From: Prorocentrum cordatum
Lineage: Eukaryota
Assembly (NCBI GenBank): GCA_963575745.1
Contig: CAUYUJ010000281.1
Coordinates: forward strand, 186,001-250,000
Length of the DNA: 64,000 bases
Reading direction: 5' to 3'
In this document: in pieces, positions 11,560 to 25,420 of the stretch
Numbering within the stretch: the stretch's first letter is position 1
How the letters are laid out: the number at the start of each line of letters is the position of its first letter
Made by a program: the position numbers and the translations under genes
Notes under the pieces: model-generated
Told to the model about the DNA's origin: nothing
The model's database searches: none
Seen by the model: the letters and a program-made list of their open reading frames with translations, nothing else

Positions 11560-11850
11560 AATGGCACACCCACACAATGCAATGCGGACCAATGCAAAGC
11601 AGTGAAGATAATGGAGTGCTCACGCTGGTACTGCAATGCGACGCAGTGCCATGGAAACCAGATGCGAGCGCCATGCAGTGAGAAGCATTGCAAGTCAAAA
11701 CTTGCACAACAAATTAAAGGCAAGGCAACGCGATGCAACGCAACGAAACGAAGGCAAGACCAATGCTCACCAGAGCAATGCCGTGTGCGGAGCCATGCCA
11801 GTGCACATCCGTCTGGAAGCAGCCAAGCGGAATACAATGCAATACAATTC
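11560..11850 (+). repeat. Degenerate CAATG(C)-type short tandem repeat
   Basis: Repeated caatgc/cagtgc/caacgc units. Confidence 0.5.
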
Positions 11851-12599
11851 ACAATAACGCAAAAGGCCTTACGAACCCGAGGGTTCCGGAACCTCAGAGA
11901 TCCCAGGGATAAGGTGTGCAAGATAAGTGGTGGACGCCCCTAAAACGCTAGCACAACAGCTCGTCCTTCTCCTCGTCCCCCTCCTCCTCCTCCTCCTCCT
12001 TCTCCTCCTCCTCCTCCTCCTCCTCCTCCTCCTCCTCCTCCTCCTCCTCCCTCCTCCCTCCCCCAATGGATCCTCGGGCTGGTCGGCCAGCCCCGGCCGG
12101 CGACCGTTCAGATTGCCACGTAGATGTCTTACAGGGACAGGGAGAAATCACGCATTCCCCCCACCAGGCTGCTGGGCATCAACTGTCCATCGGCCACGCG
12201 GCCGGGACAAGCTACATGTTTTCTAAATTGGCCTCGGGGGGGCAGGATCTGTCCGCTACGCGGCGGCAGTCTGGGAGCCACGTCAGGCCCTAATCCCCTG
12301 AAGCCTGGAGCATTCCCCGTTGGATCTTCATATCCACCACCGGCTTTTCCTGATCCCACTTAGTGGGATTGTGTTGCAGCTATTTCAATGCGTTTCTCCC
12401 GGCACAGGGCCTGATCTGGCCTACTCTGGGCCTGGTGGCACTTTCAACTCTGGGCTATCGTCTGCTCCCGCATTGTCCCTTTCAACTCTGCGTTTGCGGT
12501 GCCTTTTGTCTCAACATCCCTGGGGTGCTAGCGGCAACGCCGCCTAAACCGTATAGGAAATAAATATTCGTTGCCTCTTGGTGCCTTCGGCCCATACCG

Positions 12600-15400
12600 C
12601 CACCGTTTCTGGGTTGTGGGTTAGGGCCTCTTGGAAATTCGTTAGGATATTTGGGTTATCGTGCAAGGCCTCTCGGGGGCCTTTTAGAAACAGTTTTGAA
12701 GCCTCCAGGGTGCCGGTTTGGAGCCTCTTGGGCCCTCTTTTGGGCCTGTTGGGGGCCTCTCTTGGGGCCTCCGGGGGGCCTCTTGGGGCGGAACGCCTGA
12801 ATTGTCGGTTCGTGTTCCCCCTCTCTCGGGCCCCTCTTGGGGCCGTCCTGAGGCCGTCCTGGGGCACTCTTGGGCCGTCTTGGGCGCCTCCTGGGCCGTT
12901 TGGGGGCCCTCTTGGGCCAGCTTTGGGGCCGTCTTGGTGGCCTCTCGGTCCCTCTGGGGGCGAGGTTCGAAGCGTCTTGTGCAATCTTGGAACGTGGGAC
13001 TCTCGAAAACGGGAGAACGCGACAAAAACGTTGAAAACCACACTGTCAATCCATGATTTCCGCCTTTTGGGGCGCTCTTGGAAGTCCCCTCGGAGCGCTC
13101 TTGGGGCCTCTTGGGGGCCTCTTGGGCCATCATGGGGCCATCTTGGGCGGCTTGGTGCGCTCTTGGGCCGTCTTGGCGGCCCGTGGGCGTCCGCTGCGGG
13201 CGCCGAGGAGGGCCCTGGAGGCGTAGGGAACGCCAAGTGGGAGGCCCAGGGCCCGGGGCCCCTGACGGCCGTTATATTGAAACGGTCTTGGAGGCCTTTC
13301 CGGCCGTCTTGGAGCGTCGGGACACCCAAAGGCTGAAACCTCGAAAATAAGTCAAAAAACGATGGCAAGACAATGATTGTTGCTTCTTGGGGCATTCTTG
13401 GGAGGCCTCTTGGAACCTCTTTGGCCCCCTGGGGCGCTTCTTGGGACCTCCTGGGGCCTGTTGGGGGTTTCTCGGGGCCTCCTGTGAGAGCCTCTCGGGA
13501 TGGAAGGCTTGGATTTTCGGTTCGTGTTACCCCTCTTGGCCCTCTCTTGGGGCTGTCTTGGGGCCCTCTCGGGCCGTCTTGGGCGGCCGTCTTGGAGCGT
13601 TGGAAGCTCGAGAACGCGAGAAAGCGGAAAACCTTGAAAAACAACAAAGGGAAATCAAGGATGTGGGCCTCTTCAGGCTCTCTCGGGACGTCTCTCGCTC
13701 TCTCGGGGCCTCTTTGAGGCCTCTTGGGCTGTGTGTTTTGGGCTGTGTGTTTGCCGTCTTGAGCTCATGTTGGGCCACGTTGGGGTCATATGGGCCGTCC
13801 TCGAGCGCCTTGAGGCCTCTTGCGTCTTGGGCTGCTCTTGGGCAATCTTCAGGCTCTCTGGGGCCGTTTTGGGGCTCTTTTGGGGGCTCTTCGGCGGTCT
13901 TGAGGCGATCTTCGGGGCGTCTTCGGGGCGTCTTCGGCCGTCCTTGAGCGTTGGAAGCTCGAGAACGCGGAAAACACGGAAAAACTGCGGGAAGACAGGG
14001 ATTGGGCCTCTTCGGGCTCTCTCGGGACGCCTCTCGGAGCTTTCTTAGGGCCTCTTAGAGGCTTCTTGGGCTGTGTACTTGCCGTGTTGGGCTCATCTGG
14101 AACCACGTTGGGGCCATCTGGGCCGTCTTGGAGCGCCTTGGGGCCTCCCGCTCCCGCTCTGTGGCCCATCTTGGGCCTGTCCTGAGGCTCTCTTGGGCCG
14201 TCTGGGGCTCCTTTTGGGCAATTTTCGAGCTCCCTGGGGCCGTCTTGGGGCTCTTTTGGGGGCCTCTTCGGTAGTGTTGGGGCGGCCTTGGGGGCGTCGT
14301 CGGCCGTCTTGGAGAGTTGGAAGCTCGAGAACGCGAGAAAGCGGAAAACATCAAAAACAACAAAAGGTAATCAAGGATTTGGGCCTCTTCGGACTCTCTC
14401 GGGACGTCTCTTGGAGCTCTCTTGAGGCCTCTTGGAGGCCTCTTGGGCTGTGTATTTGCCCTCTCGAGCCCATATTGGGCCATGTTGGGGCTATCTGGGC
14501 TGTCTTGGAGGGGCTTGTCGAAGTCCCCCCGGAGCTTCTGGGAGCGTCTTGGAGCACTCTGGGGCAGTCTGGGGGCTCCAGGGCCGCTCCAGGGTGCTCT
14601 GGAAGCGGTCTCGGAGGCCCCGGTCCTCCCATGCGCTGTCGGGGCCCGGCCCGCGGGCCTCTTGGGGCCTCTTGGGGGTTTCGTGGAGGCCTCTTGAGGC
14701 CTCTTGCTGGCGTCTTGAGGCGGAGAGCTTGGTTTTTCAGTTCGCGTTCCCTCTCTTGGGCCCCTCTTGGGGCCTTCTTGGGGCCCTCTTGCGCCGTCTT
14801 GGGCGGCCCTGGGGCCGTCTCGGGGCCCTCTTGGAACCTCTTTTGAACTTCTTGGGGGCCTCTTGGGGCTTCTTGGGGGCTTTCTGGGGGCCTCTTGGGG
14901 CCTCTTGGGAGCATCCTGGGGCGGAGAGCTTGACTCTTCAGTTCGCGTTCCCTCTCTTGGGCCCCTCTTGGGGCCTTCTTGGAACCCTCTTGCGCAGTTT
15001 TGGGCGGCCCTGGGGCCGTCTTCGAGCTCTCTTGGGCCGTCTTGGGGCCCTCTTGGGACGTCTTGGAGCGGTTTTTGGAGCCTCTGCGGTGCTTTAGCGC
15101 CCGAAACGCACAACAGCAAGAATGCAAAACAAATCAACGATTTTGCCCTCTCGGGGCGCTCTTGGGCAGCATTCGAAGGCCTCTTGGGGCGTCTTGGGGG
15201 CCTCCTGGGCAATATAGAACGCATCGTGCGTCGCCAGAGACCCCTCGACGGCGTCTGGGGTGTGTCTCGCTGGGATTGCTGTCTGAGGGCTCCCCAGGGC
15301 GATTTCAGGCCTCCCAGAGGCCGGCCCGGGCCGGACCCACATTTGCGGTCGAGGTTCCGGCCCTCGGTCCCTGGGCCCGGTGCGCCGTTATATGTGTACA
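12600..15400 (+). repeat. Cluster of degenerate CCTCTTGGG/GGCC-rich interspersed repeats with higher-order units
   Basis: Very dense tcttgg motifs. Recurrent block GTTGGAAGCTCGAGAACGCG at ~13599, 13950 and 14316. Confidence 0.8.
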
Positions 15401-16023
15401 TCGCGACAAGCATCATTGCATGAAGCAGCCACCCGAGCCAACCTGATGCGGGTGAGCCCAACCATTTGTATGTATGGCCATCGTGGAAGAGGAGAGTGCA
15501 GTGTCGGTGCAGTCACACCCTTGCACAGCTGTGGTCGCACCCTATCACGCAAAACGATTGGCAATCGACGCCAAAAGCGTGTTCCGAATACTTCTGTAGG
15601 GGGGTACGCGAACGGAACCACCTGGGAGAAAGTCTACGGCTCAGCGGGGTAACATGTCAGAGAAAAGTCATAAAGTGCCGCCGCAATAGGTAGGTGGGCC
15701 CGACCAGTGACGCGAGGCCTGGGATACACACCGAAGGCGGCCGAATCGAACCGCATGCATATATCCTTTTGGCCTCAACGGTCAGCGATGCCTAACTCAA
15801 GACCCAGGCGGACAACAAGAAGCTGCCGGCTTTCCGAGCCGGTGTGGCGCACTCCTGGGCCCACCCACCGCCAGGACTCCATTCTCGCCACGACCCTCGT
15901 TGCTTTCTGCTCCCACGGGCCCAGCGCGGGTCCCAGCGCAGGCGCCCCTGTGCCTCAAGAGGGTCGCAGCTGCGATCGCCTCTGCGGTCGCCAGCGCCAG
16001 CGACGGCCCAGACTCCCCGACGG

Positions 16024-19000
16024 TCACAGCTGCCAGCGCGCCTTCGCCGCCCCCAGGGGCGCCCAGCTCTCGGTCCCGCGGCCGCTGCCAGAGGGGGGCG
16101 CCACCTCTAGGGGGCCACATGCGAACCCTGCAGACGGCATTCATTCGCGGCTGCGCGTGCGTCGCCGTCCGAGCAGCATCAGCTGACGAGGCCCGGTCCT
16201 GCGCTTGCTCCTGGATCCCTGCGGACACTCTCTTCGGCCTCCTTCTCCCCCTCCTCCTCCCTCTCCTTCTCCTCCTCCTCGAGGATCCTCCTCCTCCTAC
16301 CCACCACGATTTCTGAGGGGAAGGATGGGGTTCACTGCTCCCGAACGAAGTGAACCCCACCCTCCCCTCAGCAATCGTGGGGGCTGGGGCTAGGGTTCGC
16401 ATGTGGCCCCCTAGGAGGACCTCCACGACCTCGTCGAGGTCCACGAAGACGTCGCACGGGTCGACATCTCGCCCCATGTCTTCGTCGGTGATCAGCAGCG
16501 TGCGGCGGTGGTTGCCGCGCCTCCAGGCGCTGGGCTCCGCGGAGCCCAGCCCGTCGGGCCTCAGCGGCAACGTCTCTTGGAGCGCCAGCTCCGGACCGAT
16601 GCTCGCCGTCACGTCGCCCGCGACCCTCAGCACGGCCCCAGCGCCGCCAGCTTGCCAGGCACGCAGCAGCCGCACGAGGTTGGCGCGAAAGCCCCGCAGC
16701 ACGTAGCTCAGCGGCCGCGAGGCCACCAGGACGTCGGGATCGCGCAGCAGGGCGCGCACGAGGGTCAGTGTCTGAAGCTCGCCAGGAGCCAGAGCCCTCG
16801 TGTCCAGGTCCGCGGCCAGGCACAATGCACGTGCCAAGTTCTCGGCGACTTCCTTCTTGGCGCCAGCCAGCATCAGCGCCTCAAGCACCGTGAGGTGGCT
16901 GGACCTCATCGGTGTCGTTGCCATCATGATGGCCCACACGTCGCCGGGGCAGACTACGCTGCCCCTGGTTGGCGGGACGACGCCCGATGCCAGCGCCATG
17001 AAGCTGTACCGCAGACCCTCCGAGCCGCCGCGGATGCGCACCACCCTGCCCAGCGGGATGCTCAGCGCCTCGTCCGACCGCAGCCGCAGCGCGCTCAGGG
17101 GCCCGAGGTCGTGGTCTCTGGGGAGGTCCAGCCGCACATCCCGGAACTCCAGCTGCCGCAGGTCCATGAGCTGAGTGTAGCTGCGCCGGGAGCGCCGACT
17201 CTCCTCGGGCGGCTCCCGCGCCTCCTTCCCGAGGGCCTCCTGCAGAGACTTGTGCTCTGGCAAGTTCATGAGCCTGCAGAGCCGCTTCAGGGAGACGCTG
17301 CCCCGCTGCAGATAGACCACGCTCTCGTAGGCTCTGCCGAGGTATTTGCTGTAGGAGCTGGCGATGTTCAAGAGCAGCACAAACTGGCCGGCGGTCATAT
17401 CCCCACGCAGCAGGGCGATGCCGCCGTGCCCGAGGATCAGGGCGTAGGAGGTCGCGGTGCCCCAGTGTATGATCCACGCTGTGTCGTTCATCTCGTCGCG
17501 TGCTTTCTGGTGCCAGCCCACAAAATCCTTGCTCTCCGCCGCGAAGCTGGCCTCCACCCGGGCCTTCTCCCTGGGCCCGAAGCTGAACAGCTGCGAGCCC
17601 GCGTTGGTGAGCCAGGCCCAAGTGTCCACCCACATGGCCTCGTCCTCCATGCGCCTCGTCAGCAGCACCTCCGTGCGCACCCGCCGGGCTATGCTCAGGC
17701 AGACGGCCACCGGCACGAGCAGGAACAGCATGGCGAACGTGATGGTGTGCCCAGGCGTGTACTGGGCGTGAAGACCCGCCTGGACGAGGATGACCGTGAT
17801 GGAGAGCAGCAGGGCGAAGACGCTCTGCAGGAACAGGAACCCCTGCCAGTAGCCGTCCATGGTGACCACGTCGACGTTCTGCAGGGCCACGTAGAACCAC
17901 TGCTCCGCGGGCACCCGGCAGTGCTCGACGTGCTCCAGCATCATCTTCTTGCAGAACAAGTCCCTGCGGTGTCCCATCCTTAGAGAGCAGAAAATCCACC
18001 CCCATACTAAGCACCCCGACAAGCGAAGCCGTTTAGTAAACGCACCCACGGAAGGAATCGAACAGGGCAGGGCTGTTTAGTAAACGCCCAGGGCTATTCA
18101 GTAAGCGCGAATTGTCGGGGTCGGGGTGGTTTTCCACCCTTGACTCCTGATGGCCCCGGTCCGACCGCGATTCTTCGTCTGGACCTGGTCTCCCCACCTG
18201 TTCAGGGCGGTGGACAAGATGTAGAGGCAGACGAGCAGCATGATCGAGTGGTAGTCCTTCGGCCCGTCCTCGTTCGCGGCCCAGTCCAGCATCCAGGTCT
18301 TCACGAAAGCCGTCACCACCACCGTGTGTATGGGGTCGTAGCACAGGCCAACCAACGTCTTGGTCCACTTCTCCCCGCGGGCGTGGCGCTGCATCCTGAG
18401 GTAGTGGAGCATCAGCCTGAAGCCGGTGCTGCTTTCGCTCCAAAGGTGCTCCGGCGCGCCAGGCGGGAAGTCGACATCCTGCAGGATGTAGACGCGGGCG
18501 ATCGGCCCCTGGTGGGCCTCTCTCTGCGGGACCGTGGGCCCCCCGAGGCGGGCAGTGCCGGAGACGACGGCCGCCAGCTCCACGCGGAACCACGCCGTCG
18601 GAGCCCACGACGCCCTGCTGCGCGGGAGCTCGATCTCGAAAGTCTGGCACGTCTGCCCCGCCGCGAAGTGGATGTCCCGCTCGAACGGCTGGAAGTCCCT
18701 GCCCGCCTTGGCGGCATAGTTGGACGCGGTGGGCTCGTACGCCTTCGTCCGCACGGTGAGCGGCTGCAGGACGCACCCCTTCCGGCGCACGTCGATGCGC
18801 GCGCAGCCGCCGACCCTGCCCGCGAAGTACTTCCTCGAGAAGAAGACCTCGTCGTGCTCCTCCTCGTCCTTCGGGGCGGAGCCGGGCACGGCCTCGAGGG
18901 CCGCCCAGAACTGGTCGATCTGCGGCCGGCCCCAGGCCGCGCGCTGCGCTGGCTGCTTTGCGTCGCGCCCGAGGGACGTGCCCATGTCGCCCGCGGCGGG

Positions 19001-22000
19001 GGGGTCCCGCCTCTTGAGGGGCGACGCTGGGGGGGAGAAGAGAGAAGGAGCCAAACTCTATATACACACCGACGCCATTTTCTGGCCCCGCACTGAAACT
19101 CGCATAGGAAACCAGATCCTGGTGTATACGGGATCCTGGTGTATACATTATTCCTTGTGCCCTCGGGAAATGGATAAGACAAGTATGCACCACACCGCCC
19201 CTACGTCGTCCCCGACCCACACAAAGTCCGGGGTTTGAAAAACATCCCGCCACGGGTAATGATTGTGGATTGGGACGCACATGGACATACCAGTACTATA
19301 TTTTCTCCTTGGAGACGTACTAGTACTATTTTCCTCTATAGTAGTCCGACCCGAACGTATAGTATAGCCATCTTGTAGTAGATCGTTTCCCGAGAGGTGT
19401 GACAATAAAGCGCCCGCCACGACGCGTATACTAAGATATTTCTCGGTGCGCGCGTCGCCCCTGGGGGGGGGGGGGGGGGCGACGCACATATAGTATAAGT
19501 ATGTTGGGGTGACGCCGATATACGGTGCCGTTTTTTTATACATGCTCCGCATGCAGATCATGTAAGATACATGCAGGGATTCAGTATTAAAAGCAACGAT
19601 GAGCTCATGCATACATTCATCCATAACTTACTCATGTATTCAGAATCATAGGCTTTCACATATCTCTATGTCTATATATATCATAACAAAACCTGCCCTG
19701 CATGTTCCAGCTTCCGAGGAGAGGCTCCGTAGGGGGGACAACCGGGTGGCACCGGCGACACGTCGCCGTCCAGGGGGCCTGCCGGCCCACCCCGCCCAGG
19801 AGGCGCGCGGACGCTCGCCGTCGGGGGCCTGCCGCCATTCGGTCGGGCGGAGGCGGGCTCTTGGAAGAGCAGGGTGCCCAGCGGCCACCCCAAGCTGCTC
19901 CAGGCACAGCAGACCCTGGAATTGTGTTGCTCCCATCCCACTTGAGGGCCACATCCCAGAAGCAATGTCGAGCACCCAGGGCAAGTGTCAAAAGAGTGTC
20001 GAGACAATGTCGAAACAGTGTCGGGCGAGTCTCCCAGGGCCCGACACGTGAAAACCCTAGGATTTCGGGGCTGTTTGTGGTGCTCGACATTCTTTCTGGT
20101 GATCAGGGCTAAAGTAGGCTGGAACATCATAACCCTGACGGAGTATCGGCAAAAGTCCTTCCTGTACCTGCCCGGGGAGGTGCAGGCGGAGCGTCTGCAG
20201 GCTGCCATCAACGCGGAGTGGAACAAGGTGAACCGCTTGAAGGCGGAACTCACCAAGATGTCAGACGAGATAGAGGCCAAGTGCGACGCCTACCAACAGC
20301 TGGCGATCAACATCAATGAGACACTTGATAAGCTCAAAGGGAAGATCCAGCAGCTTATGATTCTCGAGACCTCCCTCACACCGACAGAGCCGAAACCAGA
20401 ACCTTCACCTCAACAGATCAACGCGTACATGAAGGAGCACCCCGACGAGGTGAGCTACCTCTCAGAGCCCGAAATAGTCACCAAGGTCCAGGAGGCGCAT
20501 ATGGCCAAAGCTGCGACAGGCAGCGAGATGGCGATGGCCCACGACCCAGGGCTACGGGGGGCGCCCTTCAAGCAGAAGGCGCTATCCATCAACGACACCA
20601 GCAAGGCCCTTGAAAAGAAACAAGCGGAGCTGAAGGCGATGGACGAAGGGACTGAAGCGGAGGCGCAGTGGTTGGAGGAGCAGGCTGCAGCGGAAAAGGT
20701 GCGACTCGAGGCATGCAACCACAGGCTACCGGGCACGCTGGCCGCGGACGCTCAGGAGCGACCCAATGAAGACAAGCCAATAGGAGACGGCGGCGCGGCA
20801 GAGGGAGCAGAGAGGACAGGCGCAACGCCCGCCCCCCTGCCCACGGCCACCAGCCTGACCGCCCCCAAGGCCAGCGCGGCGGCGGCGTCGCAAGCACCGT
20901 CGCCTGGGTAGCAAGGCTGTGGAAGACAGGCCAGGTGTAGCGGGCCCGGCGCGCATGGTGACTTCCCTACTTGTCCCGTCGGCTATAAAGTCGGTTTTGG
21001 TAGCCACTTTTAACGGGAATTCGTGGACCGCCATGCGCCACAGACTTGATGACGGGCCCTTGGAGCCGTACGCAGGTCTGTTTCTCCTATGGGACGCTCT
21101 TGGATGACCCTCACGACATACACCTTGCAATCGAACGCTGCCGGAGCAAAGGATGGCTCCCGAGTTTCACCCCAGCCGAGTTTCACCCCAGCCGGGCAGT
21201 TGGCGGAGTGGCAATTTTGGTCAGAGCTGGCAAGGACACGGGAGTTTCCCTGTGCCCGCTGTCCGCGACACAGTGTGCAGAACCGGAGCGCCTAGCGCCT
21301 AGTGGCGGTAAGGCTCGAAAAACCAGGCTTTGCGCCCATTCTGCTGGTGTCTATATACTTACACCCTGCGGTGCAAATGAATGATGCCAACAGGGCACTG
21401 CTAGCACACCTGGGCATACTGCATCATGAAACCGGCCTGCCACTTTGGCGGGGGGTGATTTTAATATGGGCCCATCTCACATTTTAGGAACCGACTTTGA
21501 GAAACGAGGGCGTTTCAAGCTGGTCACGCCAAACCGGCCAACGATGTACACTAAGAAAGCCCAGTCCAAACTTGACTACTATATGGTGTCTGTTGCGCTG
21601 CATGCATTGATAAAGGACGCGCAGCCCTTGGTAGCGTTTAATCCCTCCCCGCACAGGCCAGTCAATCTCACCATGCTCCTTGACAGATCTGTTTTAATCC
21701 CAATGCTCAGGAAGCCCGCGCGCTTCCGGGCCGAAGCAATGATCGGACCGCAGCTGCCGCACGCAGACTGGAGGCATCTCAGCGCTGCGGCAGCTGCGCT
21801 ATTGAAGCAGTTGTCTGCAGGGAAATGCTTAGAGACTCACCAGCGGCTGATGGATACCTTTTTACACGATATGTGCCAAGGCCTTTGCGGCAGAGGTGGC
21901 GCGCATTACCCGCACGTCGACCACTTTGAGGCGTATCTCAAACAAGTTACAGGATGTGCAGTGCTGCCTGGCCACGGGTGCCCCGATGGGGGAAGCCTTA

Positions 22001-25000
22001 GTTCGAGCGGCCGAGGCACGTGCGGACGTGCCGCCCCCGTCAATAGATACGAGGGCGACGCTGTCTGAGATAGAGTTCTGCTGTCGCCAAATTGCCCCAC
22101 GCGGTAGTACCATCAGCAAACCAGCACAGCAAGCTTTGACGGCCCTGGCGGGCCCAGCGGAAGAAATCTCCGCCCAACTGGAAAAACAACTACAGCTAGA
22201 GACCCAAGACCGCACCAAAGCGTGGCGAGCATGGGTCAAACATGGCAATGACAAATCTGTAGGGTGGGCTCACATATGGTCGACAAATTCGCCGGCCCAA
22301 CGGGCCAGGGCGTGCTAAGATCTCCGGTAACTGGTTAACAGTATTAACAGTAACAGTATTTCTAGTTCGCGCGCGCGGGGCGGCCCCTGGGGGTCCCCCG
22401 GCGAAAAGGTACCCCGCCCCAAACGTCGCCGCCCGACCGCCGCCCGACCAAGTCTACTCAGAGATGGTTTTCCTTCTGGGTGCGGCCTCTCAGGCTCCCC
22501 AGAGCGCGCTCAGAGTGCCCCAAGAGGCCCCCAAGACTGCCCAAGAGGCCCCCGAGACGCCCAAAGAGCGCTCGAAGACGCCGAAGATGACCCCAAGACG
22601 GCCCAAAAGGCCCCCAAGACAGCCCAAGAGGCCTCCAAGACGCCCCAAGAGCCTTCCAAGAGGCCTCCGAAGAGAGCCCCAAGAGGCCAAAATCGTTGAT
22701 TTTCATTGGTTTTTTCGATGTTTTTTGTGTTCTGGCTTTTTCGGCTTCCGGACGCTCCAAGACGGCCCAAGAGGCCCCCAAGACCGCTCCAAGACGGCCC
22801 ACGAAGCTCCCAAGACGGCGCCGAAACGACCCAAGAGAGCCCTCAAGACGGCCCAAGACGGACCAAGAGGCCCCCCAGAGACAGGAGGGATACCGAGAAC
22901 TCAAAAATGGAGTGTCCCGCCCCAAGAGGCCTCCAAGAGGCCCCAAGATGTCGCCAAGAGGCCCCAGGAGACTCCCAGGAGGCCCAAAAGAAGCCCCAGA
23001 AGGCTTCAAACATGTCTCCCAGGCGCCCCCGAACGGCCTCTCAACAGACCCCAAGAGGCCCCCCAAAGAAGCATCTTGACGACGACTCTATTTCGCCCCA
23101 TCGAGAGACGACCCCCAGGGAACTGCTTCACCATCAAAACTCCCCACGCAACGCGTCCGAACGACACCCGCCCCCAAGAGCGCAACATGGGCAACGAACA
23201 CACAGACAAAAACCAGCGATGCCATATCACGGGCCGGCGGAATGAGCGAAGCGATTCAATAATCCACCAATGTGAACCCCCACGCAAATTAAGTGACATG
23301 AGGAAAGGTCGGGGCGACCTTCCAGCTTCCTGCAGGCGGAGGCCACCAGGCCAGCTGGACTGTGGGACGATTCGCTTCTGCCGCGCCCGCCGTTTAGACC
23401 GCCGCAGGGGGAAGCAGCTGCCTCCCTTACGGCCAGAAGCCATTCGAGAGGCTTCGTTCACCTTTTTCCAGGGACGCTGCCCAAACACTTGATGGGTTTC
23501 ACCCGAGGCGCACAACTACTGGGACCAACTGGGACCAACTGGGAGTGGTCGCACAAATGCTGCACGCGGTAGACAAGAATGGTAGATCCCCCACGGCAGT
23601 ACAAACCGTCATCGCCACGCTGATCCAAAAAGCAGCGGGGAAGCAGCCGGGGGGTCCGCATTTCGCAGTCAAAGGGCTCCCCCCAGCTTTATCCAGAGTC
23701 TGGGCAAAGTGCCGACCACCGCTAGCCAAAGCATGGGAGGCACCACGTCCGAGGCCCTTCCTGTGTCACCAGAAGGGGGGAGGAGCATCTCAGAAGTGGT
23801 GTTCCAGCAGGCGCTGGTACCCGAAGCGGCCGAGGCGGCCGGGCGCGAGGCCCACTCGGGGGCGATTCTTTGGGACATGTCAGACTACTATGAACACGTG
23901 CCGCCAAACCCTGTGGCAACGAGCGGGGTCGACCAGATTCCCGCTCACGGTTCTGTCAGTTGTGCTGAATCAGCACCAAGCACCAAGATTGGTCAGCCAC
24001 GAGGGATCCACTGTACTGGCAGGGCATCCAGGCCAGGGTCTAGCAGCTGGAGGCCTATTTGGCACATCTCTAGTGCAATTGTATACTGTAGAGCCGATTG
24101 GCACGTGGCAAGCCGAGCACAAGCTCCTCCCTTTGTCGCTCTTTATCGGTGATTTCCAAGTGGGCATCACGCATGCTGATCCGGATGCCGTAGTGGCGGC
24201 ACTCCGCGAAGCAGCAGAATCGCTCAACAAGGTGAGTGAAGTTGAATTGGGCTGCACGGTGGCGCATCGCAAATCAAGCACCTTGGCAAATTCCGAAGGC
24301 CTGCGGGGCAAACCAGCCAAAGCGCTAGGAGCCCGAGCAGGGCAAGTGGCAGCCTCAGGCAAGAATTTGGGCATAGACCTAGGTGTCGGCAATCGGCGCT
24401 GCAGGCGATTTAGCCGCCCAATGCTAAGCAGCGGCTCGGCAACCTTCCTACCCGCAAACGCAGGTTGGCGGCGCTCCGCAGAGCAGGGACCGACATGCGC
24501 AAACTTTTTGTCAGCGGGCTAGCCTCCTATGGAACGCACGGGCCGTACGGGGCGGATGTCACAGGTGCGGACCCAAAGGAACTGCATACATTGCAGAGTT
24601 TCTTTTTTTTTTGTCCACTGGTGGGATCGCGAGGGGACTCGCGCTCTCGCTCGCTCTCTCGAGCACTGCACGAAGACCCCGCCTGGCGGCAGGGGCTGGC
24701 GCCGGCACTCCTTTGGTCCAACTTGCATGGAGGAGGAGGAGGGAGGGAGGGAGGGAGGGAGGGAAGGAGGGAGTGAGGGAGGGAGGGAGGGAGGGAGGGA
24801 GGAGGAGGAGGAGGAGGAGGAGGGACCACCTTTGCCCGGCTGCTGGAGCTCGCGGCCCCAGTCTTGGCCTTGGCGAATCCGCCCAAGGATTGGGGGGCAG
24901 TGAGGGGGGCCGGCGGCGGCGGCGATCCTGTCACCGAGGCGCATTCGTTGGGAGCTTCATAATTGCACTGGGTTTTGAAGATGCTGAATTGGGCTGGCCG

Positions 25001-25345
25001 CTCACTGCTTTCTCACTGAAGTTCCTGGAGACTAAGATGAACACTGCCTGGCAAAGCGCACGTTTGGCAGCAGTGCCCAAGAAAATGGGGCTGGAAGCGG
25101 AGGCTCGCCTCGACATGTCGGTAGCCCACCGGATCATTAGAAGTCGCACTGACAAGAAAAAAGAGGACATACTTTTGTCCTTCCTCTGCCAAGCTATATC
25201 TGGACAGACAAGAGGCTCCAGCAGGCAGGGTACGAAGCCTCTACCAGATGCCCGTGCGGCTTTGAGTCAGATGATATTTCGCATAGGCCGCATCGCTGCC
25301 CAATCACAGCCCCCCTTCGGGAGAAAATGTTGCAGCCAATAGACG

Positions 25346-25420
<75 letters not shown>

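Noticed and set aside
12544..15461. Long ORFs (367 and 468 aa, and others)
   Set aside because: Products of stop-poor CCAAGA/TCTTGG repeats with no domain motifs.
16508..19096. Plus-strand ORFs of 491 and 318 aa
   Set aside because: Antisense shadows of high-GC3 coding exons.
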